From positions 720,001 through 752,000 of the forward strand of contig NC_007335.2 in the NCBI RefSeq assembly GCF_000012465.1: 32,000 bases of DNA. The letters are read 5' to 3'. The stretch's first letter is position 1, and each line of letters starts with the position of its first letter. This DNA is from Prochlorococcus marinus str. NATL2A. GTDB taxonomy: Bacteria > Cyanobacteriota > Cyanobacteriia > PCC-6307 > Cyanobiaceae. This document shows positions 1-9,950 of the stretch, one piece after another. Under the pieces are notes generated by a model. It did not search any database. It had not been told where the DNA came from and saw only the letters and a list, made by a program, of their open reading frames with translations. Both the position numbers and the translations under genes were made by a program.

Positions 1-82
1 AAGTTTTAATTCCTGCCTTAGCTAAAATTTCTGCAGCGCATGATCCACTAGGCCCACCGCCAATAACAGCAACTCTTAACAT
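1..82 (-). CDS. chlP: Geranylgeranyl reductase, 5' end only (gene continues beyond window start)
   Basis: Reverse-complement translation gives MLRVAVIGGGPSGSCAAEILAKAGIKT. This is an FAD-binding GxGxxG N-terminus closely resembling the cyanobacterial ChlP N-terminus as I recall it. ATG at 82..80. Confidence 0.75.
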   Translation of the reverse strand, partial: MLRVAVIGGGPSGSCAAEILAKAGIKT

Positions 83-219
83 CTTTGAATGAAAAATTTA
101 GTTCTCTATATATAAAACTTACATCGTTATCTAATAGAAAGTATAAAGATTAAAGATACTCGTTACTATCGAAACATCATTTTTGCGAATTCCAATTGTT
201 TTGACCATAAGCAGATCGT

Positions 220-930
220 ATGAATTATCAAGATGACATTCCGCTGGCAAGAAGGATTAAATCCATCAAAACCATTACTACCAAGTCTTTTTTGCGTGTA
301 GGACTTCTATTCCTGGGCCTTGGTATATCGGTTACGTTTTTAGCTAATAAATCATTTTTAAGTCAAAGAAAATCCTTAGATGATTCGATTAACTCCATTG
401 AGACAAGGCAAAATAAAAGCTTGTTAGGTCATCTTCCTTATAAAGAGGCTTCCAAAAAAGATTTAATTCTTTTTTCTCCAGGTATTTACGTTCATAAAGA
501 TATCTATGAAAAATTTAAGGAAATGCAGTTTATGGCAGCACAAAGAGGGGTTTCTCTTCAACTATTAAGTGGTTATAGATCAATAAATTTGCAAAGGGAT
601 ATTTTTTATGAAAATAAATCTATTAGAAATCAAACTGCTGTTGAGCGCTCAAGGGACTCAGCTCCTCCTGGTTATTCTGAACACAGCACAGGGTATGCAA
701 TCGATGTTGGTGATGGAAATTATCCAGATACTCATTTTGAGGTTGAATTTGAACAAACGCCTGCTTATAAATGGATGAAGAGGTTTGCCTCTAAATATCA
801 TTTCGTTCTTTCTTTTCCACCCAACAACAAACAGGGAGTAACTTATGAGCCTTGGCATTGGAGATTTGAGGGGACTGTTAATGCTTTGAGGGAATTTGAC
901 GCTGCCAATAAAATTATAAAATTCAAATAA
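220..930 (+). CDS. VanY/M15B-family D-alanyl-D-alanine carboxypeptidase, membrane anchored
   Basis: N-terminal TM segment. Zn-peptidase motifs SEHSTGYAIDV and EPWHWRF are typical of the VanY/peptidase M15 family. Confidence 0.8.
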   Translation: MNYQDDIPLARRIKSIKTITTKSFLRVGLLFLGLGISVTFLANKSFLSQRKSLDDSINSIETRQNKSLLGHLPYKEASKKDLILFSPGIYVHKDIYEKFKEMQFMAAQRGVSLQLLSGYRSINLQRDIFYENKSIRNQTAVERSRDSAPPGYSEHSTGYAIDVGDGNYPDTHFEVEFEQTPAYKWMKRFASKYHFVLSFPPNNKQGVTYEPWHWRFEGTVNALREFDAANKIIKFK

Positions 931-1062
931 TTATGACTTAATTTTTTTTACTTCGAATTTTATATTCGATATTTTGATTGGCATTTAAAACAGCTAAATG
1001 AAGTCATCGTGAGATATTCTTTATGTTTCTATTAACCAAAAGAATTTTAATTTTTTTAAATT

Positions 1063-2859
1063 ATGAGTTTTGATATACAAGCTATTAGGAATATCGCAAT
1101 AATTGCTCACGTTGATCATGGTAAGACAACTTTGGTTGATGCTCTTTTAAATCAATCTGGCACTTTTCGAGATAACGAAGAAGTCCCAACTTGTGCGTTG
1201 GATTCGAATGAATTGGAACGTGAAAGAGGTATAACAATTCTTTCGAAAAACACAGCTGTTACTTATAACGATACTCGGATAAACATTGTTGATACACCAG
1301 GGCACGCTGATTTTGGAGGAGAAGTTGAGAGGGTTTTGGGAATGGTAGATGGCTGTCTTCTTGTTGTTGATGCTAACGAGGGACCAATGCCACAAACTCG
1401 ATTTGTTCTGAAAAAAGCTTTAGAGCAAGGCTTAAGACCTATTGTGTTTGTGAATAAAATTGATCGTGCAAGGGTAGAACCAGAAACCGCGGTAGACAAA
1501 GTTTTAGATCTGTTTTTGGAGTTAGGCGCTGATGATGATCAATGTGATTTTCCTTATCTATTTGGGAGTGGATTAGGGGGGTTTGCCAAGACTGAAGTAA
1601 AAAGTGAAAACGATAATATGAAACCTTTATTTGAAGCAATTATTAGACAAGTTCCTCCTCCAGTTGGCGACGTGAAAAAGCCTTTACAATTACAAGTCAC
1701 CACCCTAGATTACTCAGATTTCTTAGGAACAATTATTATCGGTAGAGTACATAATGGTGTAATTAAAAACGGCCAAAGGACTTGTTTGATAAAGGAAGAT
1801 GGGAGTTTGAAAAAAGGAAGGATTAATAAATTATTAGGATTTAAGGGATTAAAAAGAATTGAAATAGAAGAAGCAAATGCTGGAGATATAGTCGCCTTAG
1901 CTGGTTTTGATGAGGTTTCTATTGGTGAAACTGTAGCCTGCCCTGATGAGCCGAAACCTTTACCTCTAATCAAGGTTGATGAGCCAACCTTGCAGATGAC
2001 TTTTGTTGTTAATGATTCTCCTTTTGCGGGGAAAGAGGGCAAGTTCGTAACTAGCCGGCAGTTGAAGGATCGTTTAAATAAAGAACTTCTAACGAATGTT
2101 GCTTTAAGAGTTGAAGACACAGATTCTCCTGACCGTTTTTCTGTTAGTGGAAGGGGAGAGTTACATCTAGGAATTCTTATAGAGACAATGAGAAGAGAGG
2201 GGTATGAATTTCAAGTTTCTCAACCACAAGTAATTTTCAGGACAATAGATGAAATTAAATGTGAACCTGTTGAAACACTTGTCCTTGATGTCCCTGAAGC
2301 TTCTATTGGTGCTTGTATTGAGAGCCTTGGGGTAAGAAAAGGTGAAATGCAAAATATGGAAACTGGTACTGATCATCGAACTCAGCTTGAGTTTGTTATC
2401 CCCTCAAGAGGCTTGATTGGATTTAGGGGTGAATTTATTCGTGCAACAAGAGGTGAAGGGATTATGAGCCATTCATTTTTTGAATACAGGCCATCTGTAG
2501 GAGATTTTGAGCAAAGGAGAAATGGAGTCCTTATCTCATTTGAAGAAGGTGTCGCTACTTTCTATTCCTTAAAGAATGCAGAAGACCGTGGACAATTTTT
2601 TATTACTCCTGGAGCCAAGGTTTATAAAGGAATGATTATTGGGGAGAATAAACGCCCACAAGATCTTGAATTAAATATTTGCAGGGCTAAACAACTTACC
2701 AATATGCGATCAGCTGGTGCAGATGAGCTAGATCAATTGCAATCCCCAATTGAAATGACATTAGAAAGAGCTCTTGAATACATTGGACCAGGAGAGATGT
2801 TGGAAGTTACTCCTGAATCTATAAGGCTTAGAAAACTTAAAGCAAAGAAAAATTTGTAA
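1063..2859 (+). CDS. typA: Translational GTPase TypA/BipA
   Basis: 598 aa. G1 [10 protein letters not shown]3 DTPGHADF, G4 NKID. Full-length similarity to BipA, including the C-terminal domain. Confidence 0.95.
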   Translation: MSFDIQAIRNIAIIAHVDHGKTTLVDALLNQSGTFRDNEEVPTCALDSNELERERGITILSKNTAVTYNDTRINIVDTPGHADFGGEVERVLGMVDGCLLVVDANEGPMPQTRFVLKKALEQGLRPIVFVNKIDRARVEPETAVDKVLDLFLELGADDDQCDFPYLFGSGLGGFAKTEVKSENDNMKPLFEAIIRQVPPPVGDVKKPLQLQVTTLDYSDFLGTIIIGRVHNGVIKNGQRTCLIKEDGSLKKGRINKLLGFKGLKRIEIEEANAGDIVALAGFDEVSIGETVACPDEPKPLPLIKVDEPTLQMTFVVNDSPFAGKEGKFVTSRQLKDRLNKELLTNVALRVEDTDSPDRFSVSGRGELHLGILIETMRREGYEFQVSQPQVIFRTIDEIKCEPVETLVLDVPEASIGACIESLGVRKGEMQNMETGTDHRTQLEFVIPSRGLIGFRGEFIRATRGEGIMSHSFFEYRPSVGDFEQRRNGVLISFEEGVATFYSLKNAEDRGQFFITPGAKVYKGMIIGENKRPQDLELNICRAKQLTNMRSAGADELDQLQSPIEMTLERALEYIGPGEMLEVTPESIRLRKLKAKKNL

Positions 2860-2864
2860 ATATA

Positions 2865-3245
2865 ATGAACCCTATTGATAAAGAAGATGTTTTATTTATA
2901 AGTGATGCTCGCTTTGAATTAGGAATGAAATTATTTAATTCTTGTCAGTGGTACAAATCCCATGATGTTTTTGAAGAGATATGGCATGAGACTGGCGGCC
3001 CTGAAAGGCAGTTATTACAGGGAATATTGCAAGTAGCTGTTGCACAAGTTCATTTAGAAAATAGCAATATAAATGGGGCAACCATACTTTACGGAGAAGC
3101 ATTAGGTAGGTTGAAAAAATTCCAATTATCTAATTTAGGATTAGATATTGAAGGACTTTCTAAATGCGTTTCAAAAAGATTGGAATTGCTACAAGTTGGT
3201 AAGGACCTGGCTGGTTGCAGCGTTCCCATTCTCAATTTCCTTTAA
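2865..3245 (+). CDS. DUF309-family protein
   Basis: 126 aa. LFNSCQWYKSHDVFEEIWHE matches the DUF309 signature (LFN..Y.E.HE..E..W). Starts 5 nt after the typA stop. Confidence 0.6.
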   Translation: MNPIDKEDVLFISDARFELGMKLFNSCQWYKSHDVFEEIWHETGGPERQLLQGILQVAVAQVHLENSNINGATILYGEALGRLKKFQLSNLGLDIEGLSKCVSKRLELLQVGKDLAGCSVPILNFL

Positions 3246-3406
3246 AAAGTTTGTTAAGCCTCATAGAGTTTATCTGATAAAAGAGAGATGATTTCATATT
3301 ATTTTTCATGTTATATTTTTTTGATTATTTTCAATTTTAAGTACAAAATAAAAGTACAATTTTGATTAATTCAAATTATATAGATCGAAATTCTGCATAA
3401 ATCACA

Positions 3407-4963
3407 ATGGAATTTAGAAAAATCAATCAAATACAATTACCTGATCAGCATTTTTATGAGATATTTTTACCTATTTTATTTATAATTATAGGTTTATTTG
3501 GTGCATTTAATCATGCTCTTTGGAGAGATGAGATGCAAGGATGGCTAGTGGCTTGGCAAAGTGATAACTTAATAGATTTATGGAAAAATAACGCTCCATC
3601 TGGACATCCAGTCCTATGGTCATTATTGATTTACTTTTCGAAAAATATTACTGGAACACCCATAAGTATGCAGCTTATGCATTGGTTTTTAGGTAGTTCT
3701 GCGATTGTAATTTTATGGAGATTCAGTCCTTTCAATCTAATAACCAAAGCATTATTTACTTTTGGATATTTTCCTTTTTGGGAATATTTCTTTGTGTGCC
3801 GTCATTACGTGATTGCAGAGTTGATAATATTTATTTTTTGTTCTATTTATCATTTAAAAGAAAAAACTTACATACCATTTTCTTTATGTATTGGTCTTTT
3901 GGCTAATACACAAGCTTTGTCTTGGTCTTTGTCATTTGCTATAGGAATGACTCTTATGTTGGATTGGTTCTTGAATCCTAATCAAAGAAAAAATTATAAA
4001 AGAAATAAAAGGTGGATTCTCGATTTAACCTCTAGCATTGCTATTTCTTCAACATTATTGTGTTTTGGAGCTTTTAGCCTTCTGCAAGTAAGAGATTCAG
4101 TTAAGTTGCTGTCCTCTTTTATAGATATACGTCACTTCCTTCGAGTTATAGGACAGGTTTTTGGAGGATATATGCTTATCATCCCTAATTCAAGCAGGTT
4201 CTTTGACTTGATTTTATGTGCTTCAATTACTTTGATTTTAATTGTAAGTACAATCATATTCATTAAAAATTTTCGGCCAGCATTAATTTATTTTCTAAGC
4301 GGGATTATATTTTTATTTCTGTTTAACTATTTTTTATTTTTAGGAGATGGATCAAGACATTATGGATATTATTTTCTCTTGATTATCTCATCATCATGGC
4401 TAGCCTTATCAAATCAAGACCACCAACTTAAGTCCTCTAATCACCAAAATTTATTCACTAAAGGTAATTTATTTTATTTCCCTGGATTACTTACCATTTG
4501 TTTGACTATACATATGGTTGTTGGGATTCATATGGTCATTAATGATTTTAGGTTACCTTATTCAAGTGGAAAGGAAACTGCTGAATATATACAGGCTAAG
4601 GGATGGGAGGACTCGCCAATATTTGCGACTAGAGATGTTGAAGTGGCGACAGTATCTGGATACCTAGATAGGGAATTTTACGTCCCTGAATTGCAAGGAT
4701 TTGGTAGTTATGCTCAATGGGCTAATCGGGTTACATTAGACAGAACTAAAACACTTGATGAAGTACAAGTTTATTTAGATAGATTTCCTAAAGTCAATAA
4801 ATTATTACTACTTTTAAGTAATCGATCATCTATTAAGAATTTGCAGCCAGGTGAATCACTTTATGTTGATAAAATTAGAGTTATTGCTGATTCTAAATTT
4901 GAGAATTCTTTTCATGATTCAGAGAAGTTCTACATATATTGGGTTGAGAGGATTGTTGATTAA
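3407..4963 (+). CDS. Polytopic membrane protein, possible GT-C fold (ArnT/PMT_2-like) glycosyltransferase
   Basis: 518 aa with roughly 10-12 hydrophobic segments. First-loop LWRDEMQGW (DE motif) and GHPVLWSLL (HPPL-like motif) resemble ArnT/PMT_2 families. Has a C-terminal soluble domain of about 130 aa. AT-rich flanking spacers. Confidence 0.35.
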   Translation: MEFRKINQIQLPDQHFYEIFLPILFIIIGLFGAFNHALWRDEMQGWLVAWQSDNLIDLWKNNAPSGHPVLWSLLIYFSKNITGTPISMQLMHWFLGSSAIVILWRFSPFNLITKALFTFGYFPFWEYFFVCRHYVIAELIIFIFCSIYHLKEKTYIPFSLCIGLLANTQALSWSLSFAIGMTLMLDWFLNPNQRKNYKRNKRWILDLTSSIAISSTLLCFGAFSLLQVRDSVKLLSSFIDIRHFLRVIGQVFGGYMLIIPNSSRFFDLILCASITLILIVSTIIFIKNFRPALIYFLSGIIFLFLFNYFLFLGDGSRHYGYYFLLIISSSWLALSNQDHQLKSSNHQNLFTKGNLFYFPGLLTICLTIHMVVGIHMVINDFRLPYSSGKETAEYIQAKGWEDSPIFATRDVEVATVSGYLDREFYVPELQGFGSYAQWANRVTLDRTKTLDEVQVYLDRFPKVNKLLLLLSNRSSIKNLQPGESLYVDKIRVIADSKFENSFHDSEKFYIYWVERIVD

Positions 4964-5038
4964 TCTTATATAGTTTAGGTATGATCTATTTTTAGATAAT
5001 GTTCATGTATACGCTTCACCTAGTTATGTTCTATTGAA

Positions 5039-5764
5039 ATGACTCTACTTATTGAGAGTTTGGATTTAACATTATCCAAGAAAACAATTGTAAAAAATGT
5101 CGATTTAAATGTTAAACCTGGGGAAGTGGTTGGTCTTTTGGGACCAAATGGTGCGGGTAAAACTAGTACTTTTAATTTGATCATGGGCTTGATTAAGCCA
5201 AACAAAGGCAATATCTACTTGGAGGGGAATAGTATAAAAAAATTCTCGATGACAAAAAGAGTTCAATTAGGGATAGGTTATCTACCTCAAGAACCAAGTG
5301 TTTTCAGAAATCTTACAGTTATTGAGAATTTAGATATTGCTCTTTCTCAAGCTAAGTTATCAATTTCTTTGTTTAGGAAAAAACGTGAAGAATTGATTGA
5401 TGAATTTAATTTGGTCTCTTTCCTTGATCGCTTTGGCCATCAACTTTCCGGTGGAGAAAGACGCAGATGTGAAGTCGCTAGAGCCTTGGCTGTGGGACGT
5501 TTAGGTCCAAAATTTTTACTCTTAGACGAGCCTTTTGCAGGAGTTGATCCTATTGCAATTAATGATTTACAGAATTTAATTAGGAAATTAAAAAATAAGA
5601 ATATAGGCGTATTGATTACTGATCATAATGTTAGAGCAACTTTGGCAATAACCGAACGTTCTTATATTCTTAATCAAGGTGAAATACTTGCCGATGGAAC
5701 GTCTGATCAATTAACCAAAAATCAAATTGTTAAAGATAGCTATCTGGGAAACTCCTTCGATTAA
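5039..5764 (+). CDS. lptB: LPS export ABC transporter ATP-binding protein LptB
   Basis: Walker A GPNGAGKT, signature LSGGERRR, Walker B LLLDEPFAGVDP, H-loop ITDHNVR. Near-collinear with E. coli LptB as recalled. Confidence 0.9.
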   Translation: MTLLIESLDLTLSKKTIVKNVDLNVKPGEVVGLLGPNGAGKTSTFNLIMGLIKPNKGNIYLEGNSIKKFSMTKRVQLGIGYLPQEPSVFRNLTVIENLDIALSQAKLSISLFRKKREELIDEFNLVSFLDRFGHQLSGGERRRCEVARALAVGRLGPKFLLLDEPFAGVDPIAINDLQNLIRKLKNKNIGVLITDHNVRATLAITERSYILNQGEILADGTSDQLTKNQIVKDSYLGNSFD

Positions 5765-5770
5765 TTAGCT

Positions 5771-6958
5771 ATGTATAAAAAACAGTTATTTTTCTCTAGA
5801 TTTCAAAAATTAGTAGAAAGTAAATGGAAAATAATTCCATTATTAGATAGATGGATACTTTTTGAATTATTGCCGCCTTTATTTTTTTCAATAGCGGCTT
5901 TTACCGTCGTTTCTCTTTCAGTAGGAGTTATTTTTGATCTGATTAGAAAAATAGTTGAGATTGGTCTTCCATTTTCTGTAGCTATTCAGATTCTATTGCT
6001 AAAGCTACCAAGTTTTGTTGTTATTTCTTTCCCTATGGCAATGTTACTTTCAACTTTGTTAGCGTATGGAAGTCTTAATGATAATAGTGAAATTAAGGCA
6101 TTAAAAAGTATTGGTATATCAGTTTATAGACTTATTTTGCCAGGATTGATTTTGTCAATATTTATGTCATATATGACCTTCATTTTTAATAATAATATTG
6201 TTCCTAGTACAAATAAAAATGCCGAAATTATCTTAGCTAATTCTTTAGGTAGATCTTTTGCAAATGAACAGGGAGAAGATATTATATTTTCAAAGAAAGG
6301 AGAAATCTTAGATCCATATTCAAGCTATAAAAAAAACGGAGTTACGCATCTCTTTTATGCTTGGAAATTTATTGATGGGCAGATGTTGGATGTCACAGTA
6401 ATTGATTTTTCAAAATTAGGTTTTACTCAAATGCTTAAGGCGAAAAAAGGTATTTGGAATAGTGACAAAAACAATTGGGAGTTTTTTGAAGGAGATATTT
6501 TGACGCTTAGTCCTGATGGAAGTAATACAAGAACTAAATTCTTGAGTTTTTTATATCCTTTAGGGACTGAACTTACTAATATTGCACAACTGCCAAAAGA
6601 TGCAAATGATATGAATCTTGGAGAAGCGAATACGGCTATGAAGTTATATCAAAGTAGTGGCAATATTAAAGAAGCAAGAAGGATGAAAGTAAGAATTCAA
6701 GAAAAAATTACTTTACCAATCGCTTGTTCGGTTTTTGCTTTAATTGGTTGTAGTTTCGGTGTGATGCAAAAAAGAGGAGGAGGTAGAAGTCAAAGTTTTG
6801 GATTAAGTATTATTTTGATACTTATCTATTACATTTTGAGCTTTAGTTTTAGCTCTCTTGGGGTCAAAGGAATAATAAATCCTTTCTTTGCTGCTTGGTC
6901 TCCTGTTTTTTTGTCTATGTTAGGGGGAGGTTTTTTGTTAAAACAGGCAAGCAAATGA
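5771..6958 (+). CDS. LptF/LptG (YjgP/YjgQ) family permease
   Basis: 395 aa. Three N-terminal TMs, a large periplasmic domain, then three C-terminal TMs. Starts 6 nt downstream of lptB. Confidence 0.75.
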   Translation: MYKKQLFFSRFQKLVESKWKIIPLLDRWILFELLPPLFFSIAAFTVVSLSVGVIFDLIRKIVEIGLPFSVAIQILLLKLPSFVVISFPMAMLLSTLLAYGSLNDNSEIKALKSIGISVYRLILPGLILSIFMSYMTFIFNNNIVPSTNKNAEIILANSLGRSFANEQGEDIIFSKKGEILDPYSSYKKNGVTHLFYAWKFIDGQMLDVTVIDFSKLGFTQMLKAKKGIWNSDKNNWEFFEGDILTLSPDGSNTRTKFLSFLYPLGTELTNIAQLPKDANDMNLGEANTAMKLYQSSGNIKEARRMKVRIQEKITLPIACSVFALIGCSFGVMQKRGGGRSQSFGLSIILILIYYILSFSFSSLGVKGIINPFFAAWSPVFLSMLGGGFLLKQASK

Positions 6959-6995
6959 TCTGGTTTTTCTAAATCAACTCTAGTAGCTTTTATCA

Positions 6996-7943
6996 ATGGT
7001 TGATTTTCAGTTAAATAATTTTTCTTTTGACCCTGTCGTTTCCCTTGGGTTCGCAGCTTTTCTTTTCTTGTTGATGGCATTGCCTATTTCATTTTGGGCA
7101 GTTGCTGGTAGCAGTGATTCCTCCAAAGCCAGATTTTTAGTTGCAATATCCAATCTTTTCCTAACTAGTCAATTGATCCTTAGATGGTGGCAATCGGGAC
7201 ATTTCCCAATTAGTAATCTCTATGAGTCACTCTGTTTTTTGACTTGGGGTTGCACATTAGCTCAACTTTTTCTCGAAAGAGCATGGCGGTCTCCAATCGT
7301 TTCTGCAGTTGCGACGCCTGTGTCTTTGCTATCAATAGGTTTTGCCAGTTTTGTTTTACCTGAGAATTTACAATCTTCAGCTCCTTTAGTACCAGCACTT
7401 CGTTCTAGTTGGTTAGTTATGCATGTGAGTGTAATTATGTGCTCTTACGCTGCATTACTGATAGGTTCAATTTTGTCTTTTGGTGTCTTTCTTGTTGATG
7501 GGAAAAAGCAATTCAATATCCGTAATAGTTCCTTTGGGTCTGGTTCGTTTAGGCAAAGTTCTGAGCTATATCTTGATGAAAGAAATGAGAACTTAAATTC
7601 TATACAACCAATTGAATTTACAAATGCTGAGCAACTTGATTCTTTAAGTTATAGATCAATAACTGCTGGATTTTTGTTGCTTACAGTTGGTCTTATTAGT
7701 GGTGCTGTTTGGGCTAATGAAGCTTGGGGTAGTTGGTGGAGTTGGGACCCTAAAGAAACTTGGGCTTTAATATGTTGGTTGGTTTATGCTGCTTATTTAC
7801 ATACTAGGATAACAAGAGGCTGGCAAGGTAAAAAGCCTGCAATTCTTGCTATAGCAGGCTTTTTTGTTATTATTGTTTGCTATATTGGAGTGAACCTTCT
7901 TGGGGTAGGTTTACATAGTTATGGTTGGTTCTTCGATGCATAG
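6996..7943 (+). CDS. ccsA: Cytochrome c biogenesis (System II) protein CcsA
   Basis: Polytopic membrane protein with the Trp-rich heme-handling motif [13 protein letters not shown] and conserved His residues. Confidence 0.9.
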   Translation: MVDFQLNNFSFDPVVSLGFAAFLFLLMALPISFWAVAGSSDSSKARFLVAISNLFLTSQLILRWWQSGHFPISNLYESLCFLTWGCTLAQLFLERAWRSPIVSAVATPVSLLSIGFASFVLPENLQSSAPLVPALRSSWLVMHVSVIMCSYAALLIGSILSFGVFLVDGKKQFNIRNSSFGSGSFRQSSELYLDERNENLNSIQPIEFTNAEQLDSLSYRSITAGFLLLTVGLISGAVWANEAWGSWWSWDPKETWALICWLVYAAYLHTRITRGWQGKKPAILAIAGFFVIIVCYIGVNLLGVGLHSYGWFFDA

Positions 7944-7970
7944 TAATTAACAATTAAGTTAATTATTTTT
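7944..7970 (+). terminator. Weak AT-rich hairpin plus T5 after ccsA (candidate intrinsic terminator)
   Basis: TAATTAAC (7944-7951) pairs with GTTAATTA (7958-7965) around a 6-nt loop, followed by TTTTT. The stem has only one G:C pair and overlaps the rpe stop codon on the other strand. Confidence 0.3.
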
Positions 7971-8715
7971 CAACAATTATTCCATTCTGTGCGTCGTTGG
8001 CAACTTTTCTTAGTGCATCACAACCTTCTTTAAGTGTTGGATAAGCAAACATACCACTTCCTGCAATGAAGCAGTTTGCTCCTGCAGCGCAGCATTGCGA
8101 TAGTGACCAATCAGCCTTTATTCCTCCGTCCACTTCTATATCTACGTCATATCCATTGTCTAAAATTGTTTTCCTTAATTGCGTAATTTTGTTGAGCATT
8201 GTTGGTATGTAGGCTTGACCACCAAATCCGGGGTTAACAGTCATTACCAATACGTGATCAACCATATCAAGCACATCCTTAACCATATCCATTGGAGTAT
8301 GAGGATTAAGGGCCACTGAGGGAGATCCTCCAAGTTGACGAATCTTGCCAAGAATTCGATGAAGGTGAACATTTGCTTCAGCATGAGCAATTACAACACC
8401 TGGCTCTCCGTTTGCCCCCTTACTTGCTTCGACATATCCCTCAAGCATGGTTTCACAGTTGTATTGACTAACCATTAACTGAGTCTCAAATGGAACGCTG
8501 CAATACTTTCGGCATGCGGAAATCATTTCTGGACCAAAAGTGAGATTCGGAACAAAGTTCCCATCCATCACATCAAATTGAATTCTGTCTACACCCGCTA
8601 GTTCAAGATCTTTTACGCACTGACCCATGTTTGCCCAGTCTGCTGGCAATACTGAAGGGATTATCTGAACTGGACGGTGTTCAGTAAAAATTGCTGAAGA
8701 AATGGATTGGATCAT
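7963..8715 (-). CDS. rpe: Ribulose-phosphate 3-epimerase
   Basis: 250 aa. Motifs DVMDGNFVPN, VMTVNPGFGGQ and VDGGI are typical of Rpe. Confidence 0.95.
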   Translation of the reverse strand: MIQSISSAIFTEHRPVQIIPSVLPADWANMGQCVKDLELAGVDRIQFDVMDGNFVPNLTFGPEMISACRKYCSVPFETQLMVSQYNCETMLEGYVEASKGANGEPGVVIAHAEANVHLHRILGKIRQLGGSPSVALNPHTPMDMVKDVLDMVDHVLVMTVNPGFGGQAYIPTMLNKITQLRKTILDNGYDVDIEVDGGIKADWSLSQCCAAGANCFIAGSGMFAYPTLKEGCDALRKVANDAQNGIIVEK

Positions 8716-8749
8716 TGTTTTTTGTCTTGTGGCAGAGAGTCTATTAATT

Positions 8750-8777
8750 CATGGTCACAAGTTCTAGTGTGACCATG
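8750..8777. promoter_or_regulatory. Perfect 10-bp inverted repeat CATGGTCACA-N8-TGTGACCATG in the rpe/glpX divergent intergenic region (candidate operator or 5' UTR hairpin)
   Basis: Read directly: arms at 8750-8759 and 8768-8777, spacer AGTTCTAG. Lies 35-62 nt upstream of the rpe start codon. The repeat is certain; its function is unknown. Confidence 0.4.
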
Positions 8778-8915
8778 CACTGATACAGTAATTATTGCTT
8801 ATCAACAGATAATAAGTTTTTTGTGAGTACTTTTTTCTGAGCATTTTTCAATGCCCTCAATTACTTACAATATTGTCTGCCTTAAGGCGTAAATTTCTTT
8901 ACCTAGCTGCAAAAA

Positions 8916-9920
8916 GTGGATCGTACTCTCGTCCAAGAAATTCTTGAAGTAGTTGAGCAAGCTGCAATTGCTTCGGCTCAATTGACTGGTTTGGGTCAAA
9001 AAGATGAGGCTGATGCCGCCGCCGTAGAGGCAATGCGAAAGAGAATGGGAACGATTCAAATGCAAGGAAGAATCGTTATTGGAGAAGGAGAAAGAGATGA
9101 AGCTCCAATGCTTTATATAGGAGAAGAAGTTGGATCAGGAACAGGTCCTGGAGTTGATTTCGCTGTAGATCCTTGTGAGGGGACAAATTTATGTGCTAAC
9201 AGTCAGCGTGGATCGATGGCTGTTTTAGCAGCGTCAGATAGGGGAGGATTATTTAACGCTCCAGATTTTTATATGAATAAATTAGCTGCTCCTCCAGCAG
9301 CTAAAGGCAAAGTTGATATCAGAAAAACTCCCACAGAAAATATAAAAATCTTGAGTGACTGTCTTGGTATCGCAATTAGTGATTTAACGATAGTTGTTAT
9401 GGATAGAGCTAGACACAAAAATCTAGTTTCCGAAATTAGATCTACTGGTGCCAGGATTCAGCCTATTTCAGATGGAGATGTCCAAGCGGCAATTGCATGT
9501 GGATTTGAAGGGACTGGTACTCATTGCTTAATGGGCATTGGAGCGGCTCCTGAGGGAGTTATTTCAGCAGCTGCCATGAGGGCACTTGGAGGACATTTCC
9601 AGGGACAACTTGTTTATGATCCTGCAATAGCTCAAACATCAGAGTGGGCAGACTATACAAAAGAGGGAAATATAAAAAGATTGAATGAAATGGGCATAAC
9701 TGATATCGACAAGATCTATGAAGCGAATGAACTTGCCTCAGGAGAAAATGTAGCTTTTGCTGGTAGTGGAATTACAGATGGATTGCTTTTCGATGGAGTT
9801 AAATTTGAAAAAGATTGCACCAGAACTAGCAGTCTTGTGATTAGTACGCTTGATCAAACAGCTAGATTTACCAATACAGTTCACATCAAAGATGGTGCTC
9901 AAAGCATCTCTTTGAAGTGA
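8916..9920 (+). CDS. glpX: Class II (GlpX-type) fructose-1,6-/sedoheptulose-1,7-bisphosphatase
   Basis: 334 aa, GTG start. N-terminus [21 protein letters not shown] matches cyanobacterial F/SBPase as recalled. DPCEGT motif present. Confidence 0.9.
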
Positions 9921-9950
9921 TAGTTAAGTAAATGAAGTAAGGGGCTATTT

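Noticed and set aside
1147-2376. Five minus-strand ORFs (1147..1395, 1263..1499, 1439..1639, 1710..2120, 2167..2376) of up to 136 aa.
   Set aside because: All lie antisense inside typA, whose identity is unambiguous. Their translations are low-complexity (Ser/Leu/Phe/Lys rich) with no motifs. Such ORFs are typical shadow ORFs of AT-rich coding sequence.
3246-5038. Possibility that the AT-rich pocket holding the 518-aa membrane protein is a mobile genomic islet.
   Set aside because: There is no integrase or transposase, no flanking tRNA and no direct repeats that I could find. The low GC is explained by the hydrophobic Phe/Ile/Leu-rich coding sequence. I kept it as a finding only for the protein itself.
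8865-9065. 66-aa minus-strand ORF across the glpX start.
   Set aside because: It overlaps the well-supported glpX N-terminus (GTG start) and shows no motif or plausible function.
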